A stretch of DNA of 64,000 nucleotides from Anaeramoeba ignava BMAN (taxonomy: Eukaryota; Protista; Anaeramoebae). Positions within the stretch are counted from its first letter, which is position 1, and the number at the start of each line of letters is the position of its first letter. The notes beneath the pieces were generated by a model. That model had not been told where the DNA came from, did no database searches, and saw only the letters and a list, made by a program, of their open reading frames with translations. Positions 12,990 to 30,687 of the stretch are shown in pieces. The translations under genes and the position numbers were made by a program. The stretch covers positions 1 through 64,000 of the forward strand of contig JAPDFW010000131.1 in the NCBI GenBank assembly GCA_028826165.1. Reading direction: 5' to 3'.

Positions 12990-13258
12990 AAATGATTTTC
13001 TTTTCATTTCTTTTTTTGTTATTTGATGATTCTCTTTTTCTTTCCTTTTTCATTTCATTCAATTTGATTCAATTTGATTCAAGATAATTTCATTTGAATT
13101 GAAATTTCTTCTTTCTTTTTTTTTTTCTTTTCTTTGATCAAAATTTTTCAATCATTCAAATAATCAAAAAACAAAAAACAACAAAACTTTTTTTTTTCAA
13201 ATAATTTCATTTTCCATTTTTTTCTTCTTTTCTTTTCTTTTCAAAATAAAAAACAAAA

Positions 13259-14030
13259 ATGAATAAAATTGTTAAAGATTTAGTTGAAGAAATAATTGAA
13301 AAAATTTTACCTTCAAATAATAAATCAAGAATTATGATTTCACTTTCTGGAATTCCAGGAAGTGGAAAAACAACACTTGTATCATTAATTGAAAAAGAAT
13401 TATCAAAAAAAATAAAATGTGTTGCATTATCAATGGTAAATTTATACTAAAAAATCATTCAAAAATAAAATAAAAAAATCAATCAAAAATAAAAAATAAA
13501 AAATAAAAAATTAAAAGGATGGTTTTCATTATTATAAAAAAGATTTGGATAATTTCCCTAATCCTCAATTAGCTCATAAAAGAAGAGGAGCACCTTTTAC
13601 TTTCAATGTGGAATTATTCCAAAACAAGCTCAAAGAAATTTTTGAATGGAAAACAAAAGAAGATTTTATTTTTTATCCCAGTTTTGATCATATTGATCAA
13701 GATCCAAAAGAAAATAAAATAAAGATCCAAAAAGATCACAAAGTGATTTTTGTTGAAGGTAATTATTTATGTCTTGATGAACCTGTTTGGAAAGATTTAT
13801 CCCTTTATTTTGATTATGTTTGGTTTCTTGAATGTGATATTGATGTTGCAATGAAAAGAATTTATAAAAGGCATGTTAAAGCAAAATTATGTCAAACATT
13901 GGATGAATCAATTCAAAAAACTGAATTTAATGACAGACCAAATGCAGAATTGATTTTAGAAAAAAGAATTCCTAAAGGAATAACTAAATTCATTCAATCA
14001 ATTTCTGAAGAAGATGAAAATTTAATTTGA
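13259..14030 (+). CDS. P-loop kinase, YFH7-like (uridine/pantothenate kinase family; 2 exons)
   Basis: Exons 13259-13435 and 13518-14030. Motifs SGIPGSGKTT, spliced SMDGFH, RRGAPFTF, EGNYL and NDRPN. Confidence 0.9.
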
Positions 14031-14203
14031 AATAATTAAAATAAAATAATTAAAATAAATTAAAATAAAATAAAAAAGTGGAACGTCTTATTTTTTTTTT
14101 TTTTTTTGAATTTTTTTTTAATTTTAACGGTTCATTTTTTTTTTTGATTAAAAAACATTTTCAAATTTAAATTTTTATTTTTTAATTTTTCTTTTAAAAT
14201 AAA

Positions 14204-15872
14204 ATGTGTCTTTATGTTAAAGAAACAAATCAAATTTTTGATTTAAATTCTCATGATTGTTTAATTGGAAGAAGTCAAGATTGTCATCTTCAAATTGAAT
14301 TAAATCATGTTTCAAGAAAACATGCTTTAATTAGATTTAAAGAAAATGGAAAAATAACGATCGTAAATTTTGGAATTAACGGAACTTTAGTAAATGGAAA
14401 ATATATTATTAAAGAAACAGTTATTGATAATAAAACTTCTTTAATAATTGGAAATCAAGAATTTATTTTTTTCAAAAAACCTCATTTAAAACAAAATCAA
14501 AATCAAAATCAAAATCAAAATCAAAACCAAAACCAAAACCAAACCAAACCAAAATCAAAATCAATTTCAATTTCAAAAATCAAAATCAAAATCAAAATCA
14601 AAATCAAAATCAAAATCAAAATCAAATTGAAAATCAAAATCAAAATCAAAATCAAAATCAAAATCAAAATCAAAATCAAAATGAAAATCAATTTCAAAAT
14701 CAAAATCAAAATCAAAATCAAAATCAAAATCAAAATCAAAATCAAAATCAAAATCAAAACCAAAATCAAAATCAAAATCAAAATCAAAATCAAAATCAAA
14801 ATCAAAATAAAAATCAAAATCAAAATCAAAATCAAAATCAAAATCAAAAATCAAAATCAAAATCAAAATCAAAATCAAAAATCAAAATCAAAATCAAAAT
14901 CAAAATCAATTTCAAAATCAAAATCAAAATCAAAATCAAAATCAAAATCAAAATCAATTTCAAAATCAAAATCAAAATCAAAATAAAGAAAATTTCGATA
15001 ATAACTTGATTTATAAAACACCTCAATTCTCTCCTAGATTTTTTCAAAAGAAAATCACTAGAAAAGATATTGTTACTAAACTTTCTTTTGATTTTTCTGA
15101 GAATTTTGAACAAAACCAAAATAATAATGAAAAAACTCCAATTCTTCTCTTGAATAAAAACTCCAAAATTCCAAATATTGAAATAACTAACAAAAAAGAA
15201 CTTGAAATGATTGAAGAAAAATTCCAACAACTTTTCCATTCTAAAAAAAAAATCAAAAAGAATAAAAATAAACAAAATTTCCTAAAAAAACAAATTCCAA
15301 ATCAAGAAACAACTCAAATCAATATTCAATTTCAAGAATTATTAGCACTTTCAAAAAAAAGTGGAACAAAAAATAATCAATTCAAATTTTCTAATCAAGA
15401 AAATATTTCTCAAAATTTCCAAAACAAATTTTCAAATGAAAAACAAAAGTCTCCAAAATTAATTCAAGCTTTCCAAACTGCCATGAATTCAATAACTTTT
15501 GAAAATAATAATAATGAGAATAAAAATAATAAGAATAAAAATAAAAAGAAAATTGAAAATTCACAAATTCTTACTCAATCTCTACTTAAAAATCAAAGAA
15601 ATAAATTAAAAAAAACTAAACAAACAAAATTCATAAGTCCAATGACTCAAATCCAAAATGAAATTAAAGGCAAAAATCCAATTAGAGAAAAAATCCAAAA
15701 TTATGGATTTAATTCACCTTTAACTTTAAAAAAACAGAAAGAAATTGCAAAAGAAAATCAACAAGAAAAATCAAAATTTGCACAAGAAATTGCTAATAGA
15801 GTTGTTCCAGTTCCTTTTGTTGTATACGAAAATTTTGATGAAGATTATTTTGAAGAAGATTATTTTGATTAA
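14204..15872 (+). CDS. FHA-domain protein with long poly-QN linker (frameshifted in this sequence)
   Basis: FHA motifs IGRS, VSRKHA, NGTLVNG. A (CAAAAT)n tract of ~490 bp with 5/7-nt unit variants links to the second ORF, whose upstream frame reads QNKENFDNN. The tract has no GT donor. Confidence 0.7.
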
Positions 15873-16085
15873 TTTAATCAAAATTTTTTAAATAAAAGAA
15901 ATTAAAACAAAAATACGTTTTTTTCTTTCAATTTGATTTGTTTTTGTTAAAATAAGAACATTATTAAAGTTTTGTTTTGATTCTTTTTGTTTCCAAATTC
16001 TATAAAACGTCATTAAATAAAAATTTTTTTTTTTTTTTCATTTTTTTTTCTTTTTCATTTTTTTTTTTTAAATTAAATTTTAAAT

Positions 16086-18584
16086 ATGAAGTTTAAAGTT
16101 AGAACTGATTTTGGAGATATTGAAGTTGAAGCAGATGATCTTGATACTCTATATGTTATGGTAATAAGTTTACCTGAATTTTCCCGAAATTCTGATATTA
16201 AACTTATGCATGGCTCACCTAAAAAAGAGCTTATTGATTTTTCTCAACTCAAAGAAGGCGATATAATTCTTACTGAAAAAATTGGAATTGGAATTGAAAA
16301 TGAAATCAATCATTTAGATATTGATAAAACTGATTTTGATTTTCAAGAAGAATATGAACTTCAAAAAGAAATTGAAAAAATAATCAAAATGCAAACTTCT
16401 GGAATTATAGATGAGGATGAAAAAGATGAAAAAACTGAAAAAAATGAAAAAAATGAAAAAACTGAAAAAACTGAAAAAACTGAAAAAACAAAAGATGAAG
16501 ATAAAAATGAAATTGACAAATCACCAAAACATGACACTGACAGACGAGAAAAAACTGAAGAAGAAATCCAAAAAGAAATTGAACAAATTATTTTAATGGA
16601 GCAAGAAGAAAACAAGAAAAAAGCAACTGACAGACGAGAAAAAACTGAAGAAGAAATCCAAAAAGAAATTGAACAAATTATTTTAATGGAACAAGAGGAA
16701 AAAAAGAAAAAAGAAGAAAAAGCGAAAAAAGAAAAAGAGAAAAAAGAAAAAGAAGAGAAAGAAAAAGAAAAAGAAAAAGATTCTGAAAAAGAAACAGACG
16801 CCGAAACTGATGATGATACTGAAGATGATACTGAAGATGATGCATACGATACAGATGATGATACTGAAAATTATACATCAACTTACTTAGGTGATGACGC
16901 ATTTATTGATGATGATTCCAAAGTAGTCGGACCCACAATGTATGATCCAAATGATTATGACAAAGAAAAGTCTTTTCTTCCTCCACCTTTGGAAGTCGAA
17001 AGCGTTATCATTTCTAAACGATAGACAGCAAGAAGCAATGAAATATGTTGTTTCGCAATCAAAACCAAAATCCGAAAAAACGTATCCGATTGTGTTGACA
17101 AGAATAAAAGGACTCGGATATATCGAAAATGAATTAAAGAAAACATTGCTTTATATTCGTGATGAAGCACCGATTATTTCTCAAGTTTGTTCGACAACCG
17201 TTCTTCCGAAACTAGTCAAGGATACTCACTTCAGAAATCTTTTTGAGGTCGGAACTGGTCGAGGATGCACAGATCAAAATGCAAGAGGCGGTTGGGAAAA
17301 CAATCTGTTTAATAATATTTACAAGGATGCAAAACCTCATGAACGTGTCAAGTACGGGAGTTTAAATATTGTAAATGATCCTAATGGTGTTCAAGCAGCT
17401 GCTGGTTATGGTGACAGCTATCTTGTTTTTAAAAATGTTCGTTTGAGAACTACTTTTGCTTCTCAAGACACTTCTGCTAATCCGCAACTTGCTTGTTGTG
17501 AATATTATACTCATGTTCTTTCGGAGTATAGTGATGCAGAATTGACAGCTCTTATGGATGTTGCTAATGGATATATTCCTTGGCATGATTCCTCTGTTAT
17601 TTCTTCTTATAAAGAAATTCAAATACATGGACCAATTTTATTGAAAAGAGATGTTAAAGCAATCGGTATAAATTAAAAATATTTATAAAATTTATAAATA
17701 TTTCATTTACAATACATTTATTTATAAATATTTATTTATAAATATTTTAATTTCATTTAAAATACATTTATTTATAAATATTTCATTTACAATAATTATT
17801 TATAAATATTTCATTTACAATACAATTATTTATAAATATTTCATTTACAATAAATTTATTTATAAATATTTCATTTAAATACAATTATTTATAAATATTT
17901 CATTTACAATACATTTATTTATAAATATTTCATTTAAAATACAATTATTTATAAATATTTCATTTAAACAATTATTTATAAATATTTCATTTACAAATAT
18001 TTTATTTATAATACAATTATTTATAAATATTTCATTTACAATACAATTATTTATAAATATTTCATTTATAAATATTTCTATAAATATATTTATTTATAAA
18101 TATTTCATTTATTAATTATTTATAAAATTTCATTTCAAATGAAGTTTATAAAATTTCATTTAAAAATGAAAATTTATGCGATTTATAAATAATTTATAAA
18201 TATTTGATTTAATTATATAAAACCAAAAGATATAAATATTACATTTATAAACAAACTTAAAATTTATTTATAAAATTTATTTACAAATTTATTTATAAAT
18301 ATTTCATTTTAAAACAATTAAATTACATTTATTTATAAATATTTTTTTTTATTTTTTTATAACAATTTGATTTTTGATTTATTTATAAATATTTCATTTT
18401 TACAATTATTTTGATTTTGATTTTTTTTTTATAAATTTTCATTTTTTCAATTATTTATAAATATTTCATTTAAAAATATTTATAATTAATTTATTTATTA
18501 TTTCAAAATTTATTAGTTATTAGTCAAAATCCTTCAAATGAAGTTTGTAAAAATGCTGAAAGATTTGCGACTATAAATAATTGA
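16086..18584 (+). CDS. Ubiquitin-like N-terminus + acidic/coiled region + DUF3626 domain (one apparent frameshift, one intron)
   Basis: ORF 16086-17024 overlaps ORF 16942-17676 in the +1 frame. DUF3626-type motifs FRNLFEVGT, ERVKYGSLN, YGDSY and YKEIQIHGP. Intron 17666-18516; the last exon reads VISQNPSNEVCKNAERFATINN, with an uncertain 3' end. Confidence 0.65.
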
Positions 18585-18837
18585 ATTTATATGACTTAAA
18601 CAAAATATACAAAGCAAACGAGGAAAAAACAATTAAATTCCTTTTTTTCTCTTTTTTTTTCTTTTTGTGACAATTTGATTTTCCATTTTGATTTTGATTT
18701 TGATTTTGATTTTGATTTTGATTTTGAAATTGATTTTGATTTTGATTTTCCATTTTAATTTTTAAAATCAAAAAAAATTTTTTTTCATTTTTTTCCTTTC
18801 ATTTTTTTCTTTTGAAATAAAATTAAACAAATTTTAA

Positions 18838-19853
18838 ATGACAAAACCAATTCAAAAATCATTTCCACCAAGTTATCTTCATTTAATTTATGGAGAAATT
18901 GAAAAAAAAAATGTTGAACACATTTCAAATCAAGTTTCATTAATAGCATATTCAGAAATGGAATGTATTTTGCATGAATATTTATTTAATTTTGGAATTG
19001 AAGATTTTCGAGCAAGAAAAATTGAAATTACAACTGAAACTGAAACAACAAAAACACAAATAAATAATTTTTGGACTTTAAGACATAAAGGAAAAAATTT
19101 AAATTTTCAAGATAAAAAACGTCCTGCTCGTTTTTCTGTTGTTGAAGCTTCTTGTAGTGCAAATGTTGTTGATTTTTGGAAAAATGCTGGTTTTACTCAA
19201 AAAGCTTATTTATGTAAAAAAGGAAAATTTTTTAATTGTCAAGATGGAATTCATGTTTTTATTTTTCAAGTAAAATTAAAATTCATTTATAAAATTAATT
19301 TTAAAATTAAAATTAAAATTAAAATTAAAATTAAAATTAAAATTAAAATTAAAATTAAAATTAAAATTAAAATTAAAATTAAATTTAAAATTAAAATTAA
19401 AATTAAAATTAAAATTAAAATTAAAATTAAAATTCATTTATAAAATTAAAATTAAAATTCAAATTAAAATTAAAATTAAAATTAAAATTTAAATTTAAAA
19501 TTAAAATTCAATTTAATATCAAAATTAAAATTAAAATTAAAATTAAAATTAAAATTAAAATTAAAATTAAAATTAAAATTAAAATTAAAATTAAATTTAA
19601 AATTAAAATTCAATTTAATATTAATTTAGATGTGGGAAGATGAAAAACTTTTGGATAAATGGATTTGTGAAGTTTCAACAGTATCTCCTAATAATGATAT
19701 AAATTTAACTCAAATATTTGATAATATTAATGTTAAAGAGTAAAAATAAACTTCTTTTTTATAATTAAATTTTAGTTAAAATTATTTATTAATTTTATTT
19801 TAAATTTTTTTAGTTTGATTAATTTTGAAAATCCAAAAATAGATTTAATTTAA
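18838..19853 (+). CDS. MED18: Mediator subunit 18-like (3 exons)
   Basis: Exons 18838-19269, 19630-19739, 19814-19853. The pattern HEYLF…WTLRHKG…NVVDFWKNAGF…KKGKFF…VFIFQ…ICEVS matches the Med18 architecture. Confidence 0.7.
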
Positions 19854-20063
19854 GCAAATGATTTTTTCTTCTTTTTTTTTTGTAAAGGAAAAAAAAATTT
19901 AAATTAAATTAAATTAAAATTTAAATAAAAATTTAAATAAAAATTCAATAAAAATTTAAATAAAAATTTTTTTCATTTTTCATTTTTCATTTTGTTCAAT
20001 TTTTCTTTATTTTCTTTATTTTGTTTGTTGTTATTTTTTTTTTGATTAATTTTTTTTTTAAAA

Positions 20064-24796
<4,733 letters not shown>

Positions 24797-24947
24797 TCAA
24801 AAAAAAAAGTGGAATTTTTTTTGCTTTTTTTTTGCTTTTTTTTTTAAAAAGAATTGGTTTCAAATTTAATTGAAAAACAAAAAAGAAAATTTATTTTTTT
24901 TTCATTTTTTTTTCATTTTTTTTTCCTTTTTCCTTTTTGAAATAAGA

Positions 24948-26096
24948 ATGAAAGAGTCTTCACAATCAAGTTATTTAAATTTAGTAGTTGTTATTCTTTT
25001 TATTCTTGCTTCTTTTGTATTCGTTTATTTTGGTGATTCAAATAATCAAAATCAAAATCAAAATCAAAATCAAAATCAAAATCAAAATCAAATTAAGAAT
25101 GAAAAAGAAAAAGAAAAAGAAATTAAGAAAGAAAATGAAAAAGAAAAAGAAATTAAGAAAGAAAATGAAAATCAAATTCGAGATGAAATTCATATTAAAA
25201 AGTTAAATGAGAATGAAATTAAAAACAAAGAAATTGCCAAAAAAATTAACAAAGATTGGAAACCATTGAATGTTTTAGAAAACAAAAAGAAATGGAATTT
25301 GGAAAATAAAAGAATTTGTGTTTTAATGGTTGATAATCGGAAATTAGAATATCATTTCAATATTTCAGATGAAGAAAAACCAATTCCTTATCATATTTCA
25401 AGTGTTTATTCAAATTATTTATATTCAGAATATCATCAATATGATTTTTACAGAATGGATTTTTCAGAAAAAAAGGATGATAAACATTATTTTCCAAAAG
25501 AATTTGAAGAACCAGAAGATGAATCAAGAACATTTCATTGGAATAAATTATTAGGAATATATCAAATGTTGGATTATTTTGATTATGATATTGTGATGTA
25601 TCTTGATAGTGATTCAGTTTTTTCCGATTTTGAAAAATCAATTGAGGAATTTCTTTATGAAAATGTGGAATATTCAGAAAGTGTATCTCTGATACTAACC
25701 AGAGATTTGGATTGTGCAGTAGATTTTGTGAATACTGGAGTGATGATTTTTGTTAAGAATGATTTTGCAAAAAAAATGATTATTGATTGGTATAATTTTC
25801 CTTTAAAACAGAATGAATTCAGATGGTCTTTAAATAATTGGGGATGGGATCAAGTAGTTATGGGTCAATATATTTTCAAGAATGAACCTTGGAAATCACA
25901 TATTGCTATTCTTCATCATCTTACTATGAATAGTCCTAATGGTCGTTTTGTTAAGCATTATTGGGGATTGACAACAGAAGTAAGAAATAAGCATATTTCT
26001 TCTGTTTTATTTTATAATTTTTTTCTTTATAATCATTTGCTTTACAAAAAAGATATTTTGGATTTGGATTCGGATTCTTCTATTTTTCTTTTTTGA
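24948..26096 (+). CDS. Type II membrane glycosyltransferase, GT34 (GMA12/MNN10-like)
   Basis: ATG at 24948 (MKESSQ…), N-terminal TM helix, then WNKL, YLDSDS (DxD), NTGVMIF and WDQ motifs. Confidence 0.85.
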   Translation: MKESSQSSYLNLVVVILFILASFVFVYFGDSNNQNQNQNQNQNQNQNQIKNEKEKEKEIKKENEKEKEIKKENENQIRDEIHIKKLNENEIKNKEIAKKINKDWKPLNVLENKKKWNLENKRICVLMVDNRKLEYHFNISDEEKPIPYHISSVYSNYLYSEYHQYDFYRMDFSEKKDDKHYFPKEFEEPEDESRTFHWNKLLGIYQMLDYFDYDIVMYLDSDSVFSDFEKSIEEFLYENVEYSESVSLILTRDLDCAVDFVNTGVMIFVKNDFAKKMIIDWYNFPLKQNEFRWSLNNWGWDQVVMGQYIFKNEPWKSHIAILHHLTMNSPNGRFVKHYWGLTTEVRNKHISSVLFYNFFLYNHLLYKKDILDLDSDSSIFLF

Positions 26097-26139
26097 TTTT
26101 TTTTTCCATTGAATAAATATGGATGAGAAGAACTTTAAT

Positions 26140-27897
26140 TTTTTAAATAAATAATATTATTTTAATTTTAGAATATTTTCTAAAATAATTAAAATAAAAA
26201 TAATTTAAATTTAATCTAAATTTAATCTTATTGAAAATAATTAATATAATTTGAAATCAAAATTGAAAATATTTTAATCAAATTTTTTAAATAATTAATA
26301 TTTTAATTAATTTTAATTTTAGAATATTTTTTAAAATAATTAAAATAAAAATAATTTAAATTTAATCTAAATTTAATCTTATTGAAAATATTTAATTTAA
26401 TTTTAAATCAAAATTGAAAATATTTTAATCAAATTTTTTAAATAAATAATATTATTTTAATTAATTTTAATTTTAGAATATTTTTAAAATAATTAAAATA
26501 AAAATAATTTAAATTTAATCTAAATTTAATCTTATTGAAAAATTTAATATAATTTTAAATCAAAATTGAAAATATTTTAATTAAATTTTTAAATAATTAA
26601 TATTATTTTAATTAATTTTAATTTTAGAATATTTTTAAAATAATTAAAATAGAAATTATTTAAATTTAATCTAAATTTAATCTTATTGAAAATATTTAAT
26701 TTAAATTTGAAATCAAAATTGAAAATATTTTAATCAAATTTTTAAATAATTAATATTATTTTAATTAATTTTAATTTTGGAATATTTTCTAAAATAATTA
26801 AAATAGAAATAATTTAAATTTAATCTAAATTTAATCTTATTGAAAATATTTAATTTAATTTTAAATCAAAATTGAAAATATTTTAATCTAATTTTTAAAT
26901 AATTAATATTATTTTAATTTTAGAATATTTTTAAAATAATTAAAATAGAAATTATTTAAATTTAATCTAAATTTAATCTTATTGAAAATATTTAATTTAA
27001 ATTTAAATCAAAATTGAAAATATTTTAATCAAATTTTTAAATAAATAATATTATTTTAATTAGTTTTAATTTTAGAATATTTTCTAAAATAATTAAAATA
27101 AAAATTATTTTAAATTTAATTTTAAATTTAATCTTATTGAAAATAATTAATATAATTTTAAATCAAAATTGAAAATATTTTAATCAAATTTTTTAAATAA
27201 ATAATATTATTTTAATTATGGAATATTTTTAAAATAATTAAAATAGAAATTATTTAAATTTAATCTAAATTTAATCTTATTGAAAATAATTAATTTAATT
27301 TTAAATCAAAATTGAAAATATTTTAATCAAATTTTTAAATAAATAATATTATTTTAATTAAATTTAATTTTAGAATATTTTCTAAAATAATTAAAATAAA
27401 AATGATTTAAATTTAATCTAAATTTAATCTTATTGAAAATATTTAATTTAAATTTAAATCAAAATTGAAAATATTTTAATCAAATTTTTAAATAAATAAT
27501 ATTATTTTAATTAATTTTAATTTTGAAATATTTTCTAAAATAATTAAAATAAAAATAATTTAAATTTAATCTAAATTTAATCTTATTGAAAATATTTAAT
27601 ATAATTTTAAATCAAAATTGAAAATATTTTAATTAAATTTTTAAATAAATAATATTATTTTTATTAGTTTTAATTTTAGAATATTTTTTAAAATAATTAA
27701 AATAAAAATTATTTAAATTTAATCTAAATTTAATCTTATTGAAAATAATTAATTTAAATTTAAATCAAAATTGAAAATATTTTAATCAAATTTTTTAAAT
27801 AATTAATATTATTTTAATTAATTTTAATTTTGAAATATTTTTAAAATAATTAAAATAAAAATTATTTAAATTTAATCTAAATTTAATCTTATTGAAA
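26140..27897. repeat. Intergenic tandem satellite, ~153-bp unit x12
   Basis: AATCTTATTGAAA recurs at 26224, 26375, 26528, 26679, 26833, 26975, 27130, 27273, 27426, 27579, 27732 and 27885. Confidence 0.95.
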
Positions 27898-27969
27898 AAA
27901 AAAGAAAAAGAAAAAAAAAATTTTTTTTTGAAATTTTCATTTTTTTTTCTCAAAATAAAATAATATACA

Positions 27970-30584
27970 ATGCAAGAAAATAAACAATTAATAAAAAAAA
28001 CAGTTTTGTACACAATATCGATAGTAATATTTATAGAATTAATGATAACATTTATAGTAGGGATCACAGTATTAGTGATAAAAAACAAAAACCAAACAGA
28101 AACAATAGAAATAACGGAAAATAAAAAATTTTCGAAAAATGTAATTATGATAATTCCAGATGGATTTGGAATATCAAGTCAAGTATTAGCAAGAGAATAT
28201 GAAGGAGTTGATTTTTTGCCTTTGGATCAAATCCAAAAAGGAAATTCACATACAAAATCTGCTTCTAATCTTATTACTGATTCTGCTGCTGGTGGTACTG
28301 CTTTATCTTGTGGTATTAAAACTGATAATGGTGAAATTGCTATGGATCCGCAAGGCAAACCTTGTTTGACTTTGTTGGAAGCTGCAATGATTCATTCAAT
28401 GGCTACTGGAATCGTTGTTAAATCTAGATTAACTCATGGTAATTAAAATTATAAATTAAAATTTAAATCAAATTAAAATTAAAATTAAAATTAAAATTAA
28501 AATTATAAATTAAAATTAAAATTAAAATTAAAATCAAAATTTAAAATTAAAATTAAAAATTAAAATTAAAATTAAAATTAAAATTAAAATTCATTTATAA
28601 AATTAAAATCAAAATTAAAATCAAAATTAAAATTAAAAATCAAATCAAAATCAAAATTAAAATTAAAATTAAAATTAAAATTAAAATTAAAATTAAAATT
28701 AAAATCGGATAAAAATTAAAATTAAAATTAAAATTAAAATTAAAATTAAAATTAAAAATTAAAATTAAAATTAAAATTAAAATGAAAATTAAAATTAAAA
28801 TTCATTTAAAATTAAAATTAAAATCAAAATTAAAATCCAAATTTAAAATTAAAATTAAAAATTAAAATTAAAATTAAAATCAAAATTAAAATTAAAATTT
28901 AAAAAAATTAAAATTAAAATTAAAATTAAAATTAAAATTAAAATTAAAATTAAATTTATAAAATTAAAATTAAAATTATAATTAAAATTAAAATTAAAAT
29001 TAAAATTAAAATTAAAATTAAATTTAAAATCAAAATTAAAATTATAATTAAAATTAAAATTAATTTTAAAAAAATTTTAAAAATAATTAGTTTAATTAAA
29101 ATTAAAATTAAAATTAAAATTAAAATTAAAATTAAAATTGGATAAAAATTAAAATTAAAATTAAAATTAAAATCGAAATTAAAATTAAAATTGGATAAAA
29201 AATTAAAATTAAAATTAAAATTAAAATTAAAATTAAAATTAAAATTAAAATTAAAATTAAAATTAAAATTAAAATTAAAATTAAAATTAAAATTAAAATT
29301 AAATTTAAAATTAAATTTAAAATTAAAATTAAAATTAAAATCGGATAAAAAATTAAAATTAAAATTAAAATTAAAATTAAAATTAAAATTAAAATTAAAA
29401 TTAAAATTAAAATTAAAATTCATTTAAAATTAAAATTAAAATTAAAATTAAAATTAAAATTAAAATCGGATAAAAAATTAAAATTGGATAAAAAATTAAA
29501 ATCGGATAAAAAATAAACAGCAACACCAGCATCATTTTCAGCACATCAATTAAGCCGATCACAAGAACTTGACATTGCAGTTCAACAATTAAATTCTGAT
29601 TTTGGAAATATTGATGTATTATTTGGGGGAGGAAGAGACATGTTTATACCAGTAAGCATGGGAGGACAACGAACAGATGGAAGAAATTTAGAAACAGAAG
29701 CAGAAGAAAAAGGGTACACAGTGATACATACATCAAGCGAGCTCAACAACTCAAATCTAAGCACACCAGTCTTGGGACTCTTCCAAATGGAAGCATATCC
29801 ATATATTATTGATAGACAAAACTTCACTGATCCACCTACTTTGGAAAGTACTTCAAATAGGGCTCTTCAATTACTTTCCCAGAAGGCACAACAACAAGAC
29901 GTCTATGGGTTCTTCTTGATGATAGAGTGTTCCTTGATCGATTTTTGTGCGCACCAGAACGACCCTGCTTGCCAAGTCAGAGAAACAGTGCAATGCAATG
30001 AAGTTGTCAAAAATATGAAGAATTTCATTGATTCAAATCAAGATGATTCGCTTTTAGTAATCGTTGCAGATCACGAAACAGGCGGTTTATCTCTTGGCTC
30101 CACTGTTGTTTTGGATGGGAAAAATGTGTCTGATTATGTTTACTATCCTGAATTACTCAAGTCTGTTAACAAATCAAGTTATTTAATGACTGAATTAGTT
30201 TATAATAATCAATCCACATTTGAAGAAGTTTTATTGAATTATGCCAATATCTCAAATTTAACTCAATCCGAATTGGATAATCTTAATTGGGCTGTGGATT
30301 CTCTTTCTTTTGATAATTTGAACCATGCTTTGAGTCGTGTGATTTCGCAAAGAGCGTATCTTGGTTGGACTACTTATGCACATACTGGTGTTGATGTTAT
30401 GATTTATGCTCATGGTTCTCATTCTGAGGATTTTGTTGGTTCAATGGATAATACTGATGTTGCTAAAAATATCGCTAATTTTTTACAGTTTGATCTTGTT
30501 AAAGATAGAGTATTTGTTGAAAATTCTGAAATGAGTTATTATTCAACTGATTCTCCAAAAATTAATGATTCTTTTCATCCATAA
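27970..30584 (+). CDS. Membrane-anchored alkaline phosphatase (PHO8-like; 2 exons)
   Basis: Exons 27970-28438 and 29521-30584. TM helix, then IPDG, TDSAAGGTA (catalytic Ser), spliced THATPA, IDFCAH, ADHETGG and HTGVDV. The intron is (AAAATT)n. Confidence 0.95.
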
Positions 30585-30687
30585 AATGAAAGAAATTTAA
30601 ATTTTATTTTAATTTAAATTTTGAATTTAAATTTTGATTTTTTAATTTTGATTTTTTAATTTTTGATTTTAAATTTAATTTTTGATT

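Noticed and set aside
18575-18600. In-frame TGA at the end of the DUF3626 gene as Sec or Trp recoding
   Set aside because: I saw no SECIS-like hairpin downstream and local sequence quality looks poor. TGA acts as a normal stop in CBL, YFH7 and GT34.
24870-24947. TTG/GTG-initiated N-terminal extensions in the ORF track
   Set aside because: These are eukaryotic genes; the extensions are UTR or intron sequence, and proper ATGs or splice acceptors exist.
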